Assembly: GCA_904063045.1 (NCBI GenBank)
Contig: CAJFCJ010000076.1
Span: forward strand, 67,858-131,857
Reading direction: 5' to 3'
DNA from: Dimorphilus gyrociliatus
Lineage: Eukaryota; Animalia; Annelida
DNA length: 64,000 nucleotides
Shown here: positions 13,090 through 25,936 of the stretch, piece by piece
Layout: each line of letters begins with the position of its first letter
How positions within the stretch are numbered: position 1 is the stretch's first letter
Notes under the pieces: model-generated
What the model saw: the letters and a program-made list of their open reading frames with translations, nothing else
What the model was told of the DNA's origin: nothing
Databases searched by the model: none
Made by a program: the position numbers and the translations under genes

Positions 13090-14260
13090 TACCATCATCC
13101 AAAAAGAAAAAAATTTCCATTGTGGAAGAAAAAGCCACGACCACTCACAAGTGAAAATGTTGAAAAGCAGATTGTCATTAGAAATGATATCAAAGAGAAA
13201 TCTGCTAATGATATTAAATCATCTGGAAAAAGACTAGCTGAAGAAATTCTTTTCAACATTCTCATGGAAAGTGAAGTTTGCACAATTGCAAAGAAGTGGC
13301 CAACTACACAGGAGAAAAAATACACTAGCTGAACCAAATGATTTAAATTTTCAACTTGATTTAACTTTTGTGCCATTTGAATTTTTGAAGAAAGATATTT
13401 ATTCTGGCAATGAAAGAAGATTAGTTTTTGCAAGTGATCATCAGTTAAAACTCTTGTCTATGGCAAAGATATGGTACATGGATGGTACTTTCAAATTTGC
13501 AAAAGATATATTTTTCAAATGTTTTCAATGGCTTTTTAAAGAAAAATGGAGAGTTGAATCAGGTGCCATTGCTTTTTTCATTCCTAAGCTCAAAAAAGAA
13601 AAGATATAAAGTATAAATTACTTTTCAAGATAAATTAGGTTTATAAATACTTGAATCAATGATAATCTGTGCATTTAGGCTGTAAATGAGCTAATTGACA
13701 ACGTTTCTGTTCAAAATATTGTTTTGGACTACAAAAAGGCAATATAGAAAGGTATCAGAGATACTTGGACAGATAGTTTAATGGTTGGTTGCTCTTTTCA
13801 CTGGTCACAAGCAATATTCCGAAAAATTCAGGTTAGGAAAAACATTGAACAGTGTAAAAATGTAATCTAACTTTATTGTTTTATTTAAAGGATCTAGGGT
13901 ACAGTTCAGAATTTGAAAAGAAAGGAGAATGGAAATTGATGAAAATGAATTTGGCCTTACCCTACCTTCCTCATACTTTGATTGCAAATCAATTCAGCAA
14001 CATAAAATATGACTTAGTGGAAAGAAATAAACTTGTTGATTTGATTGAATATATTGAAGACAACTGGATTAAAAGTAGCTTTTGGCCTCCAGAGACTTGG
14101 TCTATCTTCAACCAAACAATAAGAACTAACAATGATTTAGGGGGTTTTCATCATAGATGAAATAAAAATTTAGGTTTAAATTTGTCATTTTATTTAGTTG
14201 TCCATGAACTAAAAAGAGAAACTGACTTAATTATTAAGTGAGAGAATTATTGTAAGATAT
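13090..14260 (+). mobile_element. Decayed MULE transposase with two introns
   Basis: WYMDGTFK, FHWSQAIFRKIQ|intron|DLGYSSEF, LALPYLP and RTNNDLGGFHHR; contains stops and frameshifts. Confidence 0.85.
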
Positions 14261-14267
14261 CAAAAAA

Positions 14268-14480
14268 GTTATAATTCAATTAACCTCCCTCAATATTGAA
14301 CCTTGTAACATCCTGTTACTAAAGATAAATGTGAGCTACACAGTTCAGCAACTGTAAAGTGATGATTGGATATCAGAGGCAAACCTCAAAGTATATAAAT
14401 ACTCAATATTTTCATTGTAAGTGTTTCTATCTGGACCCAAGGACCTGGAAAGATAACCTGGAAACAACCTCCACTAGAAT
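14268..14480 (+). repeat. Copy of the TIR arm of the 1-1390 element
   Basis: TTATAATTCAATTAACC...GATGATTGGATATCAGAGGCAAACCTCAAAGTATATAAAT...GGAAACAACCTCCAC matches both arms of that element. Confidence 0.8.
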
Positions 14481-15222
14481 TATTTACTCTAACAAACCTA
14501 TCTCTAATGTTGTGAGAAAATGCTATTATCATCAATAATAATTCATTTACCTTTATTTTATAAACAATTAATTATTATTGGTGGGGTAGAATATAAAAAC
14601 TTTTTCTTTTTCTTTATAAAACACCATTTTGCTGCTTCATTACATCTCTTTGGTATTAAATGCATTACTACTGTGTAGGATTAAAAAGTTTCATCGACTG
14701 TTTAAGCCTTTCGTCACTTCCAAAAGGATTTTTTTAGAAAATAGGCCAAGGTTAGCTGCTATAAACACCTTAACCTCTCTCCTCTATATTAACAAACACA
14801 TACATATGGAATTGGGATGTGTACATACAGTGGAAATTTCACTTTCTGAAATAAATTTTCATTTTACAAGATTGGCTAACCACTCACAGCTCACAAATGC
14901 AAGATGTATTGTTACAATAAATGTGACAGTGAATTGTACTCATTCAATATATTGAAAAGAAAAATATATTAATTGAACAACAACAGCAAAAATGAATGAG
15001 AAGGCAAAGACAAAAAAAAAGGAAAATTGAATAGAAAGACAAATATAAATGACAATGACATTATGTTAAAATTGGAAATATTAATAATTATAATAATACT
15101 TTAATTTCAATACAAACCTTACTATTGTCAAAGATATTTAGTCAATAAAATATTATCTTTAAAACAATTTTAGCCAAGTAGATTTATTCTCTTCTTTTTC
15201 TTCTTCTTCTTTATAACTCAAA

Positions 15223-16440
15223 ATGGCTAAATATTTCTTGTATCTTTTCTTCTTATCATTCTATTTTAAACCTCATTTTTCAAGTAAAAAAAATTAAAGT
15301 ATTTCGATTTCAATTTACTATTTTTCTTTTCTTGTTTTTAAAGGAGGCTGCTCTTCGGACAGTGATTGTATATTCTTTTATGAAAAATGTGTTGGAGAAC
15401 ATTGCCAATATGATAAACTTTCCCATAGTTTAATGTATAATGGAGGTAATTTTTGAATATCATTAAGAAAAGAAACACTGTTTTTTATTTCTGTATTAAA
15501 TTCTAGATTATATAATTTCAAAGTTAGATTGCATTGGAAATGAAATTCCCCCTGAAACTACTATAACAGAAGAATCTGGTTCAATTTTAAATGCAACCTT
15601 TCAATGTCTTAATAAATGTCTGAATACATCAAATTGTACAGTCATTTCATTGGCATCCATTCAAGGAAATGATAAAACTTTTACCTGTTATTTTAAAACT
15701 TCTTGTTATGTTAAAACATTTGAACCAACTGATTTTCATTCAAGTATTTATTCTTTGGTTAAAACTGGTAAAAAAAAAACAATTCATAAACATATTCAAA
15801 ATAGTAAACTTTTCTTGTATTAGATGAGTTTTGCAAGACGTATTCTTCTGAGTTTAGGGATATACAATCTAAATTATGCATTATTACTTTGTGGAGAAGA
15901 TATTCAAAATGCTCTTCAAGTGATTTCTGGTTAAGAAGATATTATGATAATTTGACGCAGGCAACTTCAATAGACCAAATAAAACAATATATTAAAAACT
16001 TTTCAGTCATCAAATTGCAACTCCTGAAAATGTCTATGCTAAACATCATTTAACTGATGGCCTACTCAACTCCAATCTTAATTTAGGTGGTTGTACACAA
16101 ATAATTAATTTTGGCCCTGGTTCATCAGATTCTAATAAAATTTCGATTGCTATTGATTTGGTTAAAAAATATATAATAAAAGAAGTAATTATATATCCTC
16201 CTAATATTCCAGGCTATATTTTTGATATCTCTATCTCTCACTTATTCAATATTTATCTTCTAGGATACAAGAGAACTATTGAAATATCTGTTACAAACTC
16301 TTCTTCTCAAAATAATTCTCCTAATTTATGTCTTGAAGATTATGATGATGACAGCATAAACATAAAAAATCCATCTTTAACAACATCATTCTCAGTGATA
16401 GCATCAGGGCTTGAATTTAAACTTACCTTTAATACATTTC
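15223..16440 (+). pseudogene. Secreted mosaic gene: signal peptide, small Cys knot, PAN/apple-like domain and F5/8-fucolectin-like domain; probably frame-disrupted
   Basis: Spliced exons read MAKYFLYLFFLSFYF | GCSSDSDC...KCVGEHC | QCLNKCLNTSNCTVIS...TCYFK | ...LTDG...GCTQ...IAIDLVKKYIIKEVII. The frame is inconsistent near 16000 and the 3' end is uncertain. Confidence 0.5.
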
Positions 16441-17520
16441 TTATGAATCATTATCAAATGGTGGCATACTTGGCATTTTTCTTTATGCTATCTTCCAAAC
16501 ATTTTTTCCTTGCATTTATAGCAATATCCCATTATCTCTCAACAAGAAGTGAAAGTTATCAAAAAATTGTTTGCTCAAAATTTTCAAAAACCTGATTTAG
16601 TTAATGATAAACTTACCTTAAATTGATAAATATTTAAAAGACCTATCCAAAGATACTCAAATTTTTCCATTATTGCTATGTTTTGTAATTAAACTTAGTA
16701 AATATCTTTTACAGATAGTATTTTAACAAAACTATTTTTTTGAAAGGAACCAAAACCAGGTAAACATAAACAAGCAATAGTTCCTCAACAAAATGGCGGA
16801 TCTATCATTGCATAATTTTTATAATCTCAAAAGCTTAAAATAACATTTAGACCTAATTATCTATACCAAATATTAATCTCTAAACCATTGTTCATATAAA
16901 AAATTACTGTTGATGTTTTCTCCTGTGGACGTTTTCTCCTGCACACCTAATTTTTGGGCCTGATAACATTCTTTTACAAACATACATAAAAATGTAAAGT
17001 GATGACTCGATAAAAGAGGCAAACCTCAAAGTTTGAGTGTTTAAACTTACTATTCTACATCTGAGTGGCATCATAATCTAATTATTGAGGAAGATCGCCT
17101 GGAAACAACCCTCAATGAAACAAACTCTCTAGATATTGCCAATGAAATTTGCATGGTACAGGAGAAAATGTTCACTATAGAAATTTAATGTATTAAAGGA
17201 AATATTTGATGTAGGAGTTATTATGATAATTTAAATAAGAAGAATTGAAAATATTTCAATCTGAAAAAAGTAAACTTCATAAAAAAATGGACACCATAAA
17301 ATTTGATAGGCTAACTTTCAATTTTTTTTCAAAATATATTTTATATATAACAGTTTTTCATATTTTTGTTACATGAGAATTATGAGACCATCAGATTTCA
17401 ATATTGTAATCCTTTGACCACTAGAACCCAAGCTTTGGTAAATGTATAAAAGGAAATGCATTTCCCCAGCTTATGTCATTTCTCAAATTGCTCTTAATTG
17501 GATAATATGTATATTTTATG

Positions 17521-19993
17521 GGATCAACAGAAGTCGCCCAGAACTAAAGCAGAACTCGCCCTGTACATTTATTACACTTCCATCTAGTGAAGATTGTTTA
17601 AGTGAATAGTATATTTAGACAAAGTTGAATAAAGACTATTTTTCCTTGTACATTTTAAACAGAACAATACCAAAAAAATATTGATTACAGTTGAAAGTGC
17701 AACAATTATTTGCAATTATTCATTTAATTTCTGAATAAAGTATAGAACATTTTTCCAAAACTTCTGATGAAGTCAGCTGATGATTGTCAAATCTCTGCCA
17801 AATTTTAAATATCTCACTTTGCATATTTTTGTAATGCTTTCTCTGGTACCTCAATATCTTTTTCTCAGATAGCATTCTCTGATAAGCTGGAATAAGATCT
17901 GCTTCTCTTTTTAATTCGTCTATTACTGAATAGAATGATGAATTTGCTCTTAAGTTTCCATTTAATCGATTATGGAATCCCTCCACATCATTATTAGTTC
18001 TAATTGCATTTTGATACACTGACCACTGCTTTGGTGACCAAATATTATCTATAATCCAAGTTCTCTCAAAGTACTTTATTAAGTCACCAAGTTTATTAAT
18101 GGATTGAAGGTAATCTTTTATTCTTCCAAATTCTATTGGAGTTATGTGAGATGGAAGAAATGGTAATGCCATAATCTGTCTCATTTCAAACCATTCTGCC
18201 CTTTTTCTATTGAAATCTGATGAATATCCAAGTTCCTAAAAAGTTAACAACTATAGATTAAATATATATTTTATTTTACTTTTCCACCTGTATTTTTCTA
18301 TAAACAGCTTGATTCCAATGAAACAAACAACCAGTTAGTGTAACATTTTCCCAATTGTTTAAAACAGCTTTCCAGATAGCTCTTTCAAAATCCATCACAA
18401 TTTTCTTTGGTGTTTTGAATTCCAAAAGTTCATTTATTGCCTGCAAATGAACTTTATCAATACCAATAATTCTTTAACTATATTTTACAAACCTTAAATA
18501 GTATATTGTAAGCTTTCTTCTTCTTTGATGTCATAAATGCAAACATTAAGGGGACCTGTTTCATTTCTCCTTCTTTTTTCAAAAATGAATGCAAAGAAAA
18601 TAATTGTTTGAAAGGATGTTTTACAATTTTAAAAGTTCCATTCATATACCAAATTTTGGATGATAAAAGCAGATCAAGTTGTTTTGATGTGGAGAAGATA
18701 ATAATCCTTTCACCATTTTCAAGAATATCTTTTCTTAAAAAGTCATCTGGTATGTATGTATTATTTATGAGAAATTTTTGTCCAATTGGTTCATTAGGTT
18801 GATTTTTTCTTCTATGATAATTAATCATTTCTTTGCAAGTGTTTACTTTTACAACATTTCCCATATTTGCATATGGAAGTATTGCATTTTCAGCTAACCA
18901 TTTGCCACTAACATTACTTTTAGACTTTCCATTATGTTTTGCATTTACTTAAATTTCAATGTTTTGTTCTAAATTCTTTTTTGGTGGATGGATGTGTTGT
19001 TTAGAACCAAATTGAAAACTGTTACATCTTTGAATAACGCTGGCTGGGCATCTCATTTTCTTATTTCATACACTACATATCCAAATAGTACTATTCTTGT
19101 ACTGTCCTTTTACAGTAAAAGAGTTACCATTGTGTACAAGTAGTTCTTTTTCTCTTTGGCTTCCATTTGGAAATATTTTGAATTTACCATCTCCCTCATA
19201 GTTTTCTTCTGCTATGCTTTCAAATGAATCTTCATTCATAGTTTCTGTTATGAGATTTAGATTTGGAGCTTGGTTGATTTCTGATATTTCATTATTCTTT
19301 GACAGCAACTCATCTGATTCAATATTGCCAACTAGAATGTGAGTAACAACTTCCTCTTCATGATCAATATCCATGGAAGACATTTTGAAATTTTCTACTT
19401 CATTGGATTTGTTGGTGATATTATTTAGAGGCTCTTTGTCATTTTCTTCAACAGTTGACTCTTCAACCATATCTTGAGTTTTAGAATGCTCATCACACCT
19501 TCTCAAACAAATTCTCAATGTTTGATTAGTAATAGATGAGCATATAGAACATAATCCATCTACAATAAAAAAATCTTAGATATTGATATTAATCAGTAAA
19601 TATCTAACCTGATAAACACATCTAGTGGAGTTTATGTAAACAAAGAAGGCATTTGCCTTGCTTTTTTTTGTTAATTATCTTACAGCATCCATAGCAGAGT
19701 ACAGGGATTTTCATAACATTCTTTCTTCTAGCACCTTTTGGAAGAAAAAATGTATAACCTATTTAACAACCTCAAGACCAACAATTGTATTTGAAGATAA
19801 TAGGATGGTAAAAATGTCCTATGTAAAATAGAAACTGGTATAATCATTTCTTGTTTTATCACTCAAAAACTTAAATAAAACAACAAGAAAAAAGATATTT
19901 TCTCACTCACTGGGGCAACTTCTACCTTTGCTCTGGGCGACTTCTGCCTTAGTTCTGGGCGACTTCTGTCCTGGGCAACTTCTATAGTATTCA
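17521..19993 (-). mobile_element. Full-length Mutator (MULE) element: PHD-FLYWCH-DDE transposase with 3 introns, inactivated
   Basis: TIRs contain CAGAAGTCGCCCAGAACTAA (17528-17561 / 19935-19968) and the TSD is TATTTTATG (17512-17520 / 19994-20002). ATG at 19714; PHD CYGC..CLLC..H*MC|CSIC; FLYWCH WICSV..C..H.H; WYMNGTFK; RTNNDVEGFHNRLN. Introns at 18236-18286, 18441-18492 and ~19560-19610; several stops. Confidence 0.9.
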
Positions 19994-21100
19994 TATTTTA
20001 TGATAAGTGAAAGTAAATGATTTTAATATGAAATGAAACAATTATGAGGAAAGCATGTATTCCATTAAGGAGAAAGTTTGAATTTAGGAAATATTTAAAA
20101 ATTTCTAGACAAACTTGATATTCTATTTCTATGAGTATTTTGGTGTGTTACTAAATAAGGAATATAGATTTTCTCAGTTGGAACAAGAATGATATTTAGA
20201 AATCTTCAAGAAGGAACTCTACACTCTACATTTTCACTCATTTGAGGTCAAGTACTTTCTTGTACTGTAAGTGAAGGAATTTCTGTTTTGTTACAAGTGT
20301 AATTGCCTTTCCAATTTGCCAAAGTACTGGTCCAAATAGACATTGAGTTTATCCATAGAATGAACACTTGCAAAACCTCAGTATCTAGTTGAATATCAAA
20401 AAGTTGAACCCTAACTCTACTACTCAATTCCTCAATTGTTGCTCTAATGTTACTTACTTGAAATGCTTTTGACTTCCAAAATTGGTTCCAAACTAGGGCT
20501 ATAGGGTGAATTTAGAAATAATGACCATCTTTGACCTCTTGTAAAAATCTTTTGTTTAAAAAGCTGAGAAGCTATTGACAAAAATAAAAATAATAAATCT
20601 GGATTTAGTTGTTTGCTAGTGGCGCCCCCTGTGCAGAAAATTTAATCCATATCTGAGCAACCTGATAAAAAATCTAATTTGTGCAGCAACATTACAGAAA
20701 TTGTAATCATATTAATTTCTAAAGTAGTGAAATGACTGTAAATTTACAGATAATAAACTGGAAATAATATGATATGGATGTATGCTCATGGTAAATATTT
20801 GATCAGTAATTGATCACTGCAATTTCTTAATAATGAAAAATTTGCATTAATTATCAACTTTTACTAATTTATTATATTTTTTATGTCAAATTTCTGAAAC
20901 AAAAAACTTTTCATTATTGTTTAGATTTAATTTGTGTGAGGTATTCAATAGTATCTATGTTTGTTTCTTAGGTTTGTCGTAATTCTATATTGATATTCAA
21001 AAATTATGTTTTAAACAATAGAATATTAGAATTCTATTGAATAGGATATAATTTTAAACTATATATAACACAGTTTTGTTTGACAAACAGATTGAAGCAA

Positions 21101-21951
21101 TGAAAAGACAAGATTTTACAGTTACTCTTTCTCTGAAATACCTTCTTTTGGTTATGCAATTTCATTGTTTCCATAGCAATATTTGTAATATACCCAAAAA
21201 TTTACGGGTAAGAGTTGGTGGTAAGTAGAATTATTAATTTATTTATTCAAAATTTTCATTCATTTTTATATAAAACAAAGATAAAACAGATACTTTATCC
21301 ATTTGCCAATCTGGAGGATTATGCTACGAAGCAAATTATGGATGTTTCCCTAGTAAATACTACTATTGTTTTTTAATTCTTAAATTTTAATAGGGAAAAT
21401 ATTTTCAGGCACTAAATTTGAAAACTATGAATAAAAACTATGGAGAAACAACATGCATTGTTGCTAATTTGATTGAAGATGAACAGAGTACATTAATCAA
21501 TTTTACACTTGAACATATTGCTTTTGATAATAGATACGAAACTTGTCATAATGCCAGTAGTTTTCCATTTAAAGTAAGATTCCCTTGGCCTACTTATGCA
21601 AATAATGTAAATGATATCTTCAATGTGAATATAACTGGTAGTAATTTAATCTGTGACCGAAAGGATAATGTAATTTTAAAACAAAATTTATTTGTCTATG
21701 TTCTATTAGATCATCAAATCAATGCTGAATTTTCAGGAAATTTTTACCATTGTAATTTGAATATTAACACCAAAACTTTTTGTCAATTTGAATGTAATTG
21801 TAAAGGAGAAATGTGTCAAGCCGTTTATATTAAATATTGGGATGAAAATGAAATTCTGAGTATATGCGAAATATCAATAAACTTTCAATTTGTAGAAATA
21901 ATAATACTTTGGTTTATTGTTAATTATCTGGCACCTTGTTTACCATTTTAA
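21101..21951 (+). CDS. Small secreted protein with an uncharacterised 'PWP...CxFxCxC...CQAVY' domain
   Basis: Exon 1 MKRQDFTVTLSLKYLLLVMQFHCF... ends at a GTAAGT donor; exon 2 ICQSGGLCYEANYGCFP; the last exon is ORF 21418-21951, homologous to domains at 41.7 kb and 45.6 kb. Confidence 0.65.
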
Positions 21952-22799
21952 ATACAAGTAGGATTTGGTCAGTAATTACTCTTTACCAGCATATTAAAAC
22001 ACCTTCTTATCTAGGCTTTACCTCAATAGCCCTTATAAAAAAAAGTCAATTGTACAGAACATTTCTTTCAGGATTGTAAAAGTCTTTTATTGAGGTAAAT
22101 CACGGATAATTCATACAAATTATTCTGTCTTCTACTGTCAATTGTCTTTGGAAGTTACTTAACAATATAGTTTTTGTTTGGATTAACCTTTTAATTGTTT
22201 ATTAAAAAGCAGAGATGTTAATTTTTTAAATAGTTTACAATTCAGAATAATTTTTGACCTCTTAAGCTCATTATTTCTAATACAAAATACTTTTCAACAG
22301 GTAAAATAAGATATAGGGAACAATGAACTTTTCCTCATAAATTTGTAGACAGCTAATAATGGATTTTGTTTGATGATTGTTGGTTTGTGTTAACTCATTG
22401 TATTATGGACAGGACTGACTACTTCTAGGATAAAAATATTGATTGTAATAATATCTTAAATACATTGAGCTGGTTTTATGACAAAGTTTCAAAAATTAAA
22501 AAAAATGTCAACATACTTCCTGCTGCGGGTAGTTCTCTCACTTTCTCTTGTGCATTTTACTGCTTTAACCTCTAAATCAGCTGTGTTTATTTTGTACACA
22601 TTGGTTAATATGTTTGTCACAGGTTGGTTCAATACTTGACATTCCCTTTGATCTGTTAAATCCAATGCTTGCTGTCTTGCTGTCCATTTTAGTATTGAAT
22701 AGGAGGTACAAATTTTAAAGTGACGTTAGCACCAGTTGTGAATTGGTTTGTCATTGTCAATGGTAATAACATAAATATTATCATGATGAGAGGTATTAC

Positions 22800-24470
22800 C
22801 TCTATAATTGGAAATAACATTTATGGCTTTATCCTATTTTCAGTATCAACATGATTAACTGTCACATCTATTTCTTGGTTATTAGCCAATTTTAATCTTG
22901 TTGCATAATATTTTCTTCTGCCATCTTCATATAATTCTACTTCATATAAACATTTGGTTACATCTGCAGCTGTTATCTCATATGGTCCATTCCATTTAAA
23001 CTTGGTATCCTTTCTATACATCTGTGAATATTTTCTCTCCTAATATGTACCTACCTAATTGTCATCTTTATAGGTTGGTGGTTTTCTCATCAGGGTTATA
23101 TTAGCTCTATTCCTGTATTCCTTTTTCTTTATTACTGATTTACATATTGCAGTTGTCCTTAATTCATCCATGTCTTGCTTTCTATCAAATAAGAATTTGG
23201 TTGTTGGCTCTATTCTTGGAATTGTTAGCAATGTATCCAACATGTTTTGATTTCTAAGCCCATATAGTAATTCATGGGGAGTTTTTCCTGTACTTACAAC
23301 TGGAATTTGGTTGAGGCAGCCTTGAATAATTGGTAACTGCTTTACCCAATTGGTATACCCTTCTATTACCAGTAATTTATGTAGTGCTCCTCTTACTTCC
23401 AAGTTTCTTCTTTCTACTATGCCATTGCTTTGGCTATGAAAGGCTGTAGTTTTGATTTTCCTTACACCCAAGGATGTGACAAGCTCAGCAAATATCTCAC
23501 TTAAGAAGTTTCTTCCTTGATCAGTTAACATTTCGTCTGGTAGACCAAAATTAGGAAAATAATTATAAAACAAGTGTTTTAGAATCTCTTCTGAAGTTTG
23601 TCCCTTAAGAGGATACTGGTTTGTAAATCTTGACATATGATCTACAATAACCAAAATGTGCTTGAATGTATTATGTCCATTAAGAGGTCCAATAATATGC
23701 ATGGTAATTCTTTGTAGAGGCTCAACAGGATGTTGTGTTTCCATCAACTCATACCTATGGCTTGGTGCTCTTTTCTCTTGATTTGTTCCAGTACTTTTGT
23801 CAAAGCCACTTTATGTTCTTCTAAAGTGTTATTAAATATGATAATATCATCTATATAATTGAGGTAAAGTTTATCCATTCCATTTAAAACAAATGCTGCC
23901 ATAACATAGCTGAAGTGAGGTGGGGTATTTGCAAAACTAAATGGCACTCTATTAAACTCAAAGAGGCCAAATGGAGTTATAAATGCTGTTTTCCCTTTAT
24001 CTACTTTTATCTTAATGTGGTGGTAAGCACTTGTGAGGTCAAGTACAGAGACATATCTATTTTCTCCACCTAGTTAATCAAATAAATCTTCTTGATGAGG
24101 GACTGGATATCTGTTTTTCTTAGTCTGCTTGTTGAATTTTCTATAGTCAACACAAAAACTTTTTTTGTGTTCCTTCTTTCTTTTGTGCAAACACTTTTAC
24201 CTATTCTAATAATTCCACTATTCAGTAAGTCATTAACTTGCTCTTTACATTCATTCATGTTTATAGGTGGTAATCTGTATGGTCTTGAATGGGGTGGCTT
24301 CTTCAAAAAGAGAGGTGGTAAATCAAGTGTGCCAATATCTGTTTGATCTTTAGCCACAATCTCTTGAAATTCTGTAACAATAGTTATCAACTTTCTTCTT
24401 TCTTTTTCAATTCTGGTTAATTGCACTACCTTGTCTGAATTCTTTTGATTTCTGATCACTTCCATTGAGG
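22800..24470 (-). mobile_element. Ty3/Gypsy pol remnant (RT directly joined to the integrase core; GPY/F motif)
   Basis: VLDLTSAYHHI...KTAFITPFGLFEFNRVPF and YIDDIIIF; HIIGPL...IVDHMSRF...LTDQGRNF...SNGIVER; WNGPYEI. No RNase H between RT and integrase. Confidence 0.9.
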
Positions 24471-25345
24471 TTTTATCCTTAAGAGTAAATAATGTTTTTA
24501 AGTAAGTTTCTTTTCCATTCTCTTCTGTATATTAAATAATAATTTTTCGAAATTAGAATCATAAACAATTATTTTTTCTGGAAAAAAGAATGGTGGACAA
24601 TGATAGATGGAGCCACTACTGAATATACTGCCCATGCAACAATTGTAAAATTTTACTATAAATTGAAATTATTTCTTTCTCTCTTCTTAACACAGTAAAT
24701 GTGATGTTTCTATATCTTTTAAGTCTTTCTTTATTAAATGGTTTGTTCCAATTTTATTTTTTAACATTTGACAATTTTTATGAAAATTTTTTAATAATTC
24801 TTTAAACCTAGTTGGCGGCATTCAAAAAGGTTAGGCAAAAGCAAGGTCTAGATTAGGGTTAGGATAAAATCATACATTTATGGCCACTTTCTACTACATC
24901 CAAAATACATGCCACCACTCTCCATATTTCATCACCTGAAGTCCTTTTCATTATTGGTAGTCCATGTCCTAAAATCATCAGGTCTACTTAAAGAGAATCT
25001 AGCCTCATCCTAAAAATAAGTCTTGACCACTCTAGATTTTCACTAATTTTTTTGGGATAATAATATTTTCTCCATTTACAATCTTTAGAGGTGAGATCTG
25101 TTCTTTGCCTGATTCTTTTGTATTTGTAGTACAGATGTCTCTTAAGCATTTGATAAAATTTAACTGCCTAATATATAACCTTAAAAAGTTTCAAATCAGA
25201 AGGAATACATTCATTTATCTTTGTTCTTTTATTGTTAATAACTGCTGTTTTTATAATTATAATTGAACTTCTCTATCCAAAAAACATTATGCAGAAATAA
25301 TAATCCCATGGACATTAGATGACAGAAATATTCCATTTTTAACCG

Positions 25346-25441
25346 GATGCGACAGAAAACATCAATAAATCACTGCTTTTACCCTAACCATAATCCAGCC
25401 CTTGTCTGTACCTAAACATTTTCCATTACCCCTAACCCTTA
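25346..25441 (+). repeat. Half copy of MITE family A
   Basis: GGATGCGACAGAAAACATCAATAAATCACTGCTTTTACCCTAACC...CCCTAACCCTTAG. Confidence 0.7.
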
Positions 25442-25936
25442 GATGAGACTGAACAATGAAGATTAACAGATTTTACAGTTGTTATTAATCTTTGCTTTTC
25501 AGCAAAAATTTGAGTTCCTTGATTTACATAAAAGATTTACTTCTTTAACTCTAATAAATTTTGGATTAACATTTTTAAAAATGTTGTTGAAGGAAGCTTG
25601 AATGATTCCTGAAGAATTCTTTGCCTTCAGATTTTTTATTATAATGTTGATGAATATCATTCCTCTGTAGTCTTATCTTAACAGAATGCGGGAGAAGCAA
25701 ATACCCAAATCTAGCTAGGGTTAGAGAAAATACTGAAAGAAGAGCAATTCAGATAAAATTATAAAATTATTCTATATAATATAACATATAATACATTCCA
25801 TATGTTCATATTTCATATTAACTTTGTAATGTTAATTTAAAGGGGATAATCAACCTAATTTTATGATATTGCTTAGGTATTTCATGACTAGCCTTCTGCA
25901 GTGAAAATTTTGATATTTTATTTAACAACATCAATA

